Part shown: one piece after another, positions 53,351 to 64,000 of the stretch
Layout: every line of letters begins with the position of its first letter
Numbering within the stretch: position 1 is the stretch's first letter
DNA from: Octopus vulgaris
Lineage: Eukaryota
Direction of reading: 5' to 3'
Length of the DNA stretch: 64,000 bases
NCBI GenBank assembly: GCA_951406725.2
Contig: OX597814.1
Coordinates: 178,746,001-178,810,000, forward strand
Notes under the pieces: model-generated
What the model was told of the DNA's origin: nothing
The model's database searches: none
Seen by the model: the letters and a program-made list of their open reading frames with translations, nothing else
Translations under genes and position numbers: made by a program

Positions 53351-55469
53351 GTATGTAAATATGTGTATATGTATACGTATGTATATGCATATATGCACAG
53401 GCACATGAGTGTGTGGTATGTAAATATATAAAAATATAATGCGCATATTAAATGCATTCATTTATGTATTTAATGTTTGTGTATGCCACAATAGATGCAT
53501 ACGTACACACATTCACACACACACACACGTACGTACATTAATAGATACATACATAAATGAAGACGCACGTACATGTATGTATGTTTTTACCTACATTCCA
53601 CCGCCAACCACCCTTCCACTTATTAATAAGTTGATTGATGCAAATATAACTTTTTACTACATAATAAATGACATGAGCTAAGTCAGGTGAGGTAAAGAAG
53701 AAGAGTGAGAAGCAGGTGGGGAAAAAATGTCCAAAAAAAAATGTAAAGAAAATGTACGAAAACATTTTTAGAAATATAAAATGTATTAAATATATAATGA
53801 AAATACACAAATAAATTGGTTGAGAAAAAAACTTCCTGTAGTTAAGGGACGCTATTTGACTTGTATAATATCTACGTCTGAAAATGTTTATCTGAAAACA
53901 TATATGTCGAATGTATTTTAAAGCAAGTACGGAGGACAGCGGTGCTGGTCAGAAGGGAATGTTACCTGGACAGAAGAAGTAGAGTTGTTTTTCTTTTTTG
54001 AATAAATTAAGAATTTTCCTAACATCAACTCTTTTTAGATAAGTAAATGATTGTATTAAAGCACCAGATGGCACTAATATTTTAATAAAATGTAATAAAT
54101 CGGATAGATACTGCAACAGCTTTCACTCATTTCAAACGTTTCCTAAGTCAGTGTTGAAAGTTTTTGTTTTTGTTGCATAACACAGTAGGTACTTTAAATA
54201 CGGCGTAAGCAGCTGGGAAGGTTCCGTTACGTAAATATGTTTCTAATGATGAGGTCCATATCTAAGAATTTGTTTATAATGAAGGATGTGTGTATAGTAA
54301 CAAATCTGGTTTGTTATTATCATTATTTCTCACTGGTTTATATCAGATATAAACGTGGTGGAATGTTATATGTCTTTGCCCTCTTAATCATATAAACGGT
54401 ATGAGACATAAACAACTCTATAATTCGTTCCATACTGATGATATCAGGTTACATATATGAATCCATTTACATTTTATAGTATGTTATAAACGTTTTGAAG
54501 ATATAAATCTTGTAAGATTGGTATTGTTAAACTAATTTTAATTTCAGACTTAAACTGCTAACGTCACGTCAATAACTCCGTCTGGATGATAATAGATCAT
54601 GAATAATTTTCTTAATTCTGAAGAATTCTATGATTAACATCATTTTCAAATTACGAATTCATATAATAGAGATTATCTAAGTGAACTATCTCACATTAGC
54701 AAACACATTCAGAAATTCATATCTAGCTTGGCGAATTATCTGTTAAAAGAACAAAAAAATACATCATTGCCGTCGAATATAACTAGGTTTACGCTGGCCT
54801 GCAATCATGAAAATAAATATGTATGATTGTTATATTAAACACGCAATACACACAGTTAAATGCTGTGTAGCTTCTTTTTTTTTTACCTCTTTTGGATCAG
54901 TGTTGATTAAACATGAAGTAAATGTTTGTGCCAATATATTTATGAATTCTAAAATGATTTGATATTCTTAACATTCATGAAAGGTAATTTGAAAGTAATA
55001 GGCTTGGTAGTAACTTTAAGTGGGTATCTCCTACAGTAGTTTTTCATCAGAATATGAAATACCTGTTTGTTCCTTATGACCTATATTAATGTGGGTATTG
55101 AATAACATCTTACTTTATGTTGCTTTACTGGTTAACCTATTAGTACTAAATTACAGATCCCGACTGCTTATTTTATATCATGAGCGAAAATGAAACGTAG
55201 TAATGTTGAACTAAAGAGCAAATTCCGTACCCTATTACAATGATGAAAGATTATTAAACAAATAATAATTTGTGAAGTTAAATGTAGACTTTTGACACGA
55301 CTTTAAGTAGTTCCCGTATATCAGACTACAGAATACAGATATTACATTTTTTTTAATATAATTACACAGAGTATATGTACCCAACTAACCTGCGGAATCT
55401 TGAAGACTAACAATAGTATTATTCTTTGAAGCAAAAAGATGACTAGTTAGTACAGAAATTGATGAAGTT

Positions 55470-56370
55470 TGTTTCCCAGCAATACGGCCCCGGGCTCAGT
55501 CACACTGCATGGGATCTTCGGCAATTGTCTTATCTCGGGCGGATTAAGGACTTATAACAGGATTTAGTATACTGACACTGAAAAAAACAGTGAATCGTAT
55601 ATACGAATACACATACATGCACCCATACATACATAGACACACGCACGTACACACAAACACGCACACATATACAAATGGCATCTTCGCATGTATGTGTGTA
55701 TGTATGTATACATGCATGCATGTGTATATATATATATACATATACACACAAACATTCATACATACATACATACAAGCATTTATACGTACATCCATATATA
55801 CGTGTGTTTGTGTGTGCGTGCTTGCGTGTGCATGTTTGTATGTGTGTGTGCCTACTTTCGTTACCGCTTGGCAACCAATATCGGTGTAAAATAATAATAA
55901 TAATAATAATAATTGTGTACAGTGCTCAGGTGCACTACAACTCATCTAAAGTGTATATATAATCAGGTGTAGTTTCGGCGGATTTCGGAAAGCATGAGGG
56001 CCTTAAAGGATGCAGTGTCATTGCAGTCAACAACTGACGCAGGCAATTTATTCCATGCTTCAGCAACTCTGAGCGTGAAAAAATGTTTCCGAAAGTCATG
56101 GGAGCTGTGTTGTTTTCTGACTTTGTAGGCATGTCCACGTGTGTTAGACACATGGAGATCAAAAAGGTGTTCAGTGTCGTTGTTGGTGAGGTGGTTGGTG
56201 AGGTGTGTTTACGTCCCCATAGCTAATTGGTTCTACAAAACAAACCGATAGAGCAAGTACAGGTTTTAAAAAATGAGTACTGCGGTTGACTTGTTCGACT
56301 AACCCGTCAAGGCGATGCCTTAACATAGCTGAAGTCCAATGATTGAGGCCAGAAACAAGTTAAAAATAGA
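55470..56370 (+). mobile_element. Old SINE family B copy interrupted by a CR1-like LINE
   Basis: Decayed head and CORE-like part at 55470-55590, internal microsatellite, 3' part resumes at 56202 (ggtgtgtttacgtcccc..gaaacaagttaaaa). Confidence 0.7.
55888..56201 (-). mobile_element. CR1-like LINE 3' fragment
   Basis: NTRGHAYKVRKQHSSHDFRKHFFTLRVAEAWNKLPASVV..ASFK is the typical CR1 ORF2 C-terminus; short 3' UTR and (ATT)n tail; TSD ggtgt (55883-55887 / 56202-56206). Confidence 0.85.
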
Positions 56371-57195
56371 GAAAATATATACATACGAAGAACCAATCAC
56401 TGTATTTCTCTGCAATGCTGGTTCACCAAAATTAAATTATTGTACCTTCAAGGAATGCAATATTTTGCATAGATACAATAATTTTGAAGCCAGTTCTAAT
56501 GATCGATATTCGCGCCAATAATATCATTTCATTGAATATATACAACATTTATATATTTTCCCCATTTAATGCGAGATTTTCGCTGGTGATGATTTTTAAG
56601 ACGATTTGCCGCAGTTTCTAGGTATTTGTAATTTTATTTACCATATGAATGACATTGAACATTCTCCTGTTTTGCGAGAACAAGTTAGCTCCGTATGATG
56701 CTACAAAAACAAAATCTACAGTATACTGATATATTGTAGTGATGTAAATATGCAATACTCTTAGGTGGAAAATCAAATTCTGTCAGTGTGGAGTCATATT
56801 TCGGAATGGAATATTTCACATAAAATTCCTTGTTCCTTTTTAGTATATCAGATTATCAGCTCTGTCAATTTAGTTATTGTTCCCCAAATCAGGATTTTCT
56901 GCACTGATACTCACAGAATACTGGGTTTATTTGAAAGATAGTGCACTAAACGAATATGAAATTCCTCGTCAAAGAAACGTATTTTTACACGGAGATTTAA
57001 CATTTTCCCGTCGTCTCCCTATTTTCCACAACCTTTCCTCGTTTTCATTTTTCTAATGAAGGACTAACGTCTGAAACGTTTACGAACCTTTCCCTTCCAT
57101 TCAAAAGTTAGACTAATGTTACATTTGTTAAAACTTGTCCATCTCTCTCCCCCACTTTCTCTCTCTTTCTCTCTCTCACTCTTTCTGTCTCTCTT

Positions 57196-57265
<70 letters not shown>

Positions 57266-57344
57266 AGAGAGAGAACTACATGCACACATACAAATACATG
57301 CATACATACATAACAACATACACAGCCACACATCCATACATGCA

Positions 57345-57418
<74 letters not shown>

Positions 57419-58709
57419 CTCCCCTATATTCTTGCATGTAGTTATGACAAATTCATCTTCTCATTGCTACCTTCTATGTTCCTCTTCATCCCCATAAGAC
57501 TATCATTTTACATAATGCGACACAATTCTAAACTGAATGAGCTCCGGAATTACTTCATCCAATAATTATAAATGAAGTATGCTGCACCACCGTTCTTTAC
57601 TCGTCTTAAATAATATTTTTCGATTTAAATGATCGATTAATGTTAGTTTCTGAACTTTTAAAATTCTTGTCTGAATAGAACTAGACCAAAGCAACGAAAT
57701 GAAAAGGTTGGTCTAGTTTGTCGGGGCAGTTTGAATGATAATTATATAGCCGAATAGCAAGTGAATAACGATGGCAGTTAAATTGGTATATTTTAATTAA
57801 AGACCTTAAACAGTAACATTTTTCCTTTCTTCTTTATTTTATAAAAATGAAGAAGAAAATATCATCCTGTCTGTCTGTTGAAGAGTGCCAGCCTATGTAT
57901 TGATCGTAAAGTCATTTAATTTATTTATCTGCCGAATTTCCTGGTATTTATCTATAATTACGCTCAGTGTTAGACATTTGATTTCAGAAATAAAGCAAAT
58001 ACCTCTACTCAGCGAATAATCTTTGTTTGTTCAGGCATTTGTTCAGCTCCTTTTATAATATTTGCTGTCAGTTATTAACAGCTTCTTTTTATGATTTATT
58101 AAAAATGCAAACATTATAAAGCAACAATTTTAGAAAGCAAAGGACTCGAAAATATAGACAAACTTATTTCCCATTGGCAGCCAAAAGAATACAATTTTCT
58201 TCTGACCCTAGGCTAAAACATAAGAGATGGCAGAGCCTGTCATTCGATACATTCACATAGAAAACTGCCAAAAAGGAAAAAATAAATCGAATTCGATTTT
58301 AGCTATTTTCATTTTTCTATTAATATTGTCGAATTCCCAAGGGCTACTTGATCACATTAAGTTATATTTATTAAATGAGTTATATTATGGAAACAGTAAT
58401 ATGTCTTATTCTGTGCAACGGTGTGGCAAACGTTTCTCTATTTGAATATTAACAAAGGTCGAATGTCGATTGCACACTGCACCCAGTAGTATACTCCTAA
58501 AGAGTACAGACTTGCAAAGTCTATTGCAACACTACCCTTTTCACCTCATTAATATTAGCATTCAAATAAAACAACCTTCAGTTGTACAGGGATATCTGAA
58601 GTTGCATTTCTTTTCGCCTCTCCCCTTCTCTCTCATGTACACAGTGTGATTGAGATACAGAAAGAGTGATTTCTTGCCTATATTAACTTATATATACATA
58701 CATGCATAC

Positions 58710-58749
<40 letters not shown>

Positions 58750-58860
58750 TACCCACATGTATATATGTATAATATATATCTACATATATACACACATATT
58801 TCTGTATGTATATGCCTTTATATATGAATATATATACGTGTGTGAGTGTATTTGTGTACA

Positions 58861-58949
<89 letters not shown>

Positions 58950-59079
58950 GTACAGTTATTGTTGTCCTAAGAACAATAAGACATCTTGTATACAAGCAAC
59001 AATATCAAAGGATACAATGAAACGAATTAAAAGTAATTTAGACATATATGAGAATTTTAGTTTGCATAGCTTTAGCTTC

Positions 59080-59300
59080 CCATAATAATAATGATAAAGT
59101 TAATAATAATAATAATAATAATATATTAAAAATTACAACAACAACAATAATAATAATAATAATGATAATAATGATAATAATGATAATAATAATTATAATA
59201 ATAATAATAATAATGATAACAATAATAATAATATAATAAATATAACAATGATAATAATAATGATAACAACAACAATAACAATAATAATAATAATGATGAT
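59080..59300 (+). repeat. Imperfect (TAA)n/(CAA)n/(GAT)n tract
   Basis: Direct reading. Confidence 0.92.
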
Positions 59301-59579
59301 GGGGTGGAGGAGGAATAGGAGGAAATATTTAACAAAGTTTTACCTTGTGATATTCGCTTTCATCTTTTTACGTAGCGTTATTTCTGTTATATAGGACAAA
59401 GCTATAGGGATGTACACGGTAACAGAGCTGTGCAATGTCACTTTGTTTACAATGTTATTCACAATAAACATGAGCACTAGATCAACAGGTTAGAAATCAC
59501 TACAAGTATTGTTCACGTTAATGCACGTTAAAAGAATGACAAATGGGTTTAAGTGATGACATAGAAGGGGGATTTTCTG

Positions 59580-59843
59580 AGGATGATTATAGGTGATGAT
59601 AATGGTGACGTAAATGCTAGTGTTGGAGCTGGTGCTGGTGTCCTGGTGCGGGTGCCGGTGCTGGAAATGAGGCTAGCGGTATTACTGAAGGCGATGGTGA
59701 TAATGAAGATGTTGATGATGATGTTGATACCGCTATTGCTGCTTCTGTGGAGAATGGTGGTGGTGATGGGTACGATGGAGAGTGATTCTGGTGATATTGG
59801 TGGGACTGATAAGGATGATTGATGACGATGGTGCTGATGGTGT

Positions 59844-59881
<38 letters not shown>

Positions 59882-59937
59882 GGATGACGATGGTGATGTT
59901 GATGAAGATGATGATGATGATGATGATGATGATGTTC

Positions 59938-60012
<75 letters not shown>

Positions 60013-60141
60013 TTGATAATGATAATGAGGATGATGATGATGATGATGATGATGTTCATGATGATGAGGATGATGATGATGGTGATGATGATGATGATGA
60101 TGATGATGATGGTGGTGATGATGATGTTGATAATGATAATG

Positions 60142-60174
<33 letters not shown>

Positions 60175-60346
60175 TTGAGGATAATGATGATGATGGTGAT
60201 GATGATGAGGATGATTATAATAATGATAATGAGGATGATGATGATGATGATGATAATGAGGGTGATGATGATGATGATGATGATGAGGAGGAGGAGGAGG
60301 AGGAGGAGGATGTTGATGATGATGTTGATGAGGATGATGATGATGT
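59580..60346 (+). repeat. Long imperfect (GAT)n tract with higher-order structure
   Basis: Direct reading; recurring interruptions gatgttcatgat and gttgataatgataatgag. Confidence 0.92.
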
Positions 60347-61286
60347 ACATTAATCTAGGAATTGCAGAAATACATCAATACTCAGTTTTCATTATATTAA
60401 TCTAGTGTTACATTATAGCTACATCGGAATAGGTATCCTATGATATAGTGAAAGAAATTGGCATGAATCCTCGAAGCTGATAATATGACGAGCAAAAGAG
60501 AAGAAACCCTTACGTGGCCGCTCTACCGATGAGAAATAAGAGCGATATTTCAGCCAAATCATACCTTACAAGATATATTGGATAATATAATGCTGGTTGC
60601 ATTGTCTGAAACATAAAATGTAATCATATTGTCTAGAAACGATTAATCATAGAGTTCTGCTGAATCAGGATTGAAGTGAGACGAAGCAACAACAACTACA
60701 ACGACGTCGGCTACAACGACAGCAGCAAGAATAACATCAAAAACAAGAAAAGCAAAAACTAATAATAAGTTTAGATAATAATTCTAAGTAAGAACACTGC
60801 AGAGTGGTTACATTGGAACATGTCGATCAAACAACTTATAATGCAATGACCACAATTATGATAACCAATTATTAGAAGAGTTAGGAACAAAAGCTATAGG
60901 TGACTGACAAAAGAAATCGAAGTACCAATGCTTATATTGGGAATCGCTTTGTATTTCGGAGTTAAAACCTTACAACTAGAAAACATATGTCATTACTGCT
61001 ATTGATTTCCTTTTTATTACAGACGTATTTTAAGTTATTCGCGTATTCTTTTTGGCTGACTATAATATTTTTGTCCCCAACTAAATATATATATTTCATA
61101 CTGAAGGCATACACTAAGAAATTCCAGAAGACCATTATTTTCAATTGTTTTATCTGTAAATTTTTAAAAATAAATATCTGTAATAGTCTTATTGATATCA
61201 AATTTGAACGTAAGTAAAAATAAATTATTTAAGTAATTAGTTTTGATAAGCATATTAGGGGATAAATTTCTCATATTTTGTGAGAC

Positions 61287-61762
61287 TGTTGTGTGGATGC
61301 CCCCAGATGATGGAGTAGGCTTGCCTAATACCTAGATATAGAGGGAGAAGCCTAGACGTAGTCAGAGTAGCACAGAACTGAAGAGTAGCAGAAGAGTAGA
61401 ACAGAGAGCAGAGTTGAATAGAAGGCATCGGAACGTGCGACGTAACAGAGAGTATGTGAATTGATGTTGGGTTTAAATTGACTAAATAGGTTTTCACATA
61501 AATAGTAGTAGTAATTATATTGATAAAGAATGGGTTTGCACATGCTGGACTATATTTCGCTGAGAAGACAAAACACAGCACGAACATATCAGTTGGAGTC
61601 ATTGTGTTAACTGAAAAATCAAGCACGTTCACTGTTTCTTTATTTTCTTTATTCAATTTCCAGTCAACTTCCATTTCTGAGTTTCCTCGTTTACGTCCCT
61701 TGCCAAGAAGCATCATAAAGCGAAAGAGTTTTCTTCTTTTCAGTGGTGCTATCTCTAATACG
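61287..61762. mobile_element. Possible solo LTR
   Basis: Starts TGTTG, ends ..AATACG (CA expected), TATA-like tagatataga followed by AG-rich run, ~475 bp; no clean TSD found. Confidence 0.35.
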
Positions 61763-62931
61763 TGAATATTTTATTTCTCTCACTCATGTTAGTGTACACT
61801 TACATAAATGTTCTTCGTTATGAAAAGGTCTGGAAATATTTTCGTGAATACATAAATATATAATGATCTGATTCTGTACTCTGAGCTTAAATTTCAGTGA
61901 TATCAACTTCTTTATTAATCCTTTCGTATTGATAAAGACGTACGAATCTAAGTGACTGAATTGGGAGAAATGCTGGAACATCAGTTAGAATATCTAGCGC
62001 CATGTTCATTTTCAGAATTCAAATCCTACCATGACCTACACAGATGATAGTCTTAATCGTTCGCCTTATTTAACAGCACTTTCTGATATCTGGGGTAATT
62101 TTTACGCAACCTTCTTTGTAAGTGTTATGGTAAGATGTCCGGTGAGACAAGAGGTTCCTCCCTCTCACGCGAGAACCAGTCACGGCGTTCCAATAAAAGA
62201 TGTATTACATTGTCTTCTATGCTGATTAAATGTTTTTAAATATGTATTCTTAACACAAGGGTGTGGTGATGATATATTGATGTTAATGTCTTCTCGATCA
62301 AGTTTGCTCTAGAACAGTCATAGGCAAACCACTGCTCGCGGTACATTTTGAAAGGCACGTCTAACAACAAATTACTCTGAACTTTTAGTCGTGCGGAATA
62401 CCTGATGACGAACAATGACTTATGTTCCCGCTTCTCGAAAAAAAATTGCGCATGGCTCTTCAAGAGTTAAAATGTTACTGCACAATTGTTACCCAAATCG
62501 ACAAAACTTCAATATAAATTATGTTTACATTGCAAACACACAGCAAAAAAAAAGTGAATAAAGCATCTATTTATGGGTCTTGACTCGTAAGTATATCACG
62601 CTGTCTTTTCATACACCGTTCTAAACCCTGACAGTGGTCCATTTGCACTGTTTACTTTATGGTATATGTGAATATGATGCCTATTATCATTCATATTCAA
62701 CAGCTAGCTGTAAATGTATGTGTTCAGTATAAGGACTTCATGTAAGGCAAATAGAATACAAATAAATTAATAATATTTATAATAGCTGCAGGTGAAAATT
62801 TACGTATGTTACGAATATTCCCATAGCTTATATTCAAACACAACATTCATTCACAACATTCATAGATATAGAAGCTCGGTGATTACATTGGTTACTTGAC
62901 ACACATAAACACATACACACACACACATACA

Positions 62932-62971
<40 letters not shown>

Positions 62972-63066
62972 CTCTCTCTCTCTCTCTTTCTCTGGTACCC
63001 ATAACATATATATCCTTACCTCTCATTCATAGTCGTGTATGTATTATGTTTGCATGTATGTATGTA

Positions 63067-63131
<65 letters not shown>

Positions 63132-63611
63132 ATAGATATAGATATATATTTATATATGTATACATACAAACATACAATTACGTGTGAAGGTAGTTGCGTG
63201 TGTATGCGCGCAATAGATGTACGTACAGTTTCGATATATCTCGTTCTAAAAAAAATATTGATCACTTGAGACTACCGAAGAATTAAATTTTTGCAGTATT
63301 GTGTAGTCGTGCAGTGGAATCGAATCCGTAACAATTTTACGCATGCATCGTTTTCTTTTATTATCCTTATCGACAAAATAGAATGACGGTTAACATTTTA
63401 CAAAATGGAATAAGCAGAACAAGAGGAGACACCTGGGACAGAGAGTCGTTGAAGAGGTCACATAATGTGTGGCGGAATATTGTCGACAAAGTGAAGAACA
63501 GGTATATAGTACTTGATTTAATTGGCAAAATATGACCACACCCAAGTTGAACAATATGCGTTTCAACATATGGTTTCATCTCAAGAATCTTGCTAATCAA
63601 ATACATAAAAA

Positions 63612-63880
63612 GAGATAGGAGAGAGGGGGAGATGAAGACGAGGGAGATAGGGGGAGAAGAGAGATGGGGAGAGGGAGATAGGGGGAGACGGAGGCAGAGA
63701 GAGGGGAGAGGGAGAGAAGGGGAAGAGGGGGAGAGGGAGAGATGGGGAGAGGGAGAGACGGGAAGAGGGGGGTGCGAGAAATATGAAGAGGGGGAGAGGG
63801 GGATGGAGTAGGGGAGAAGGAGAGAAAGGAGTGGGTGAGGGAGATGGATAGTGAGAGAGACAGAAGGAGAGAGAGAGAGT
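63612..63880 (+). repeat. Polypurine (GA/GGGA-rich) low-complexity tract
   Basis: Direct reading; many G3-G6 runs separated by short A-rich spacers. Confidence 0.9.
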
Positions 63881-64000
63881 GAATTCTCAATATAGAAAAC
63901 GCTCAAATAATTTGAAATTACATTCCGAAACTGTTACCGAAGTCCAAGTCCCTGGAATAAAGAGTGGCTATAAGAGGAATCCAGGGGAGTAGACATGTAG

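Noticed and set aside
59880-60353. Asp-rich (biomineralisation-like) protein gene
   Set aside because: No signal peptide, splice evidence or non-repetitive domain; almost all Asp codons are GAT, as expected for a microsatellite.
61255-61716. 153-aa minus-strand ORF
   Set aside because: No recognisable domain; lies within the putative solo LTR and is probably fortuitous.

Overview
AT-rich, repeat-dominated eukaryotic DNA, intergenic or intronic. The repeat repertoire resembles that of Octopus/coleoid cephalopods (inference from recalled repeat families, not a database result). No host protein-coding gene, rRNA, bona fide tRNA or CRISPR array is supported; nearly all ORF-track entries are microsatellite translations. 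The window holds: (i) at least three tRNA-headed SINE families, many with clear target-site duplications (TSDs) and nesting; (ii) five 3' fragments of R4/Dong-type restriction-like-endonuclease (RLE) non-LTR retrotransposons, all on + and embedded in or next to (TAA)n-type tracts, one with an intact zinc-knuckle/RLE frame; (iii) a Penelope-like GIY-YIG fragment plus several (TA)n-embedded foldback elements and minimal type I hammerhead-ribozyme-like motifs with a palindromic helix III; (iv) a decayed full-length mariner, a second mariner 5' end, a Chapaev3-like fragment, a CR1-like 3' end and a possible solo LTR. The most interesting signals are the hammerhead-bearing foldback element at 13.4-14.0 kb with related variant-core motifs, and a perfect 54-bp snap-back 5' junction on a Dong/R4 copy at 29.1 kb.
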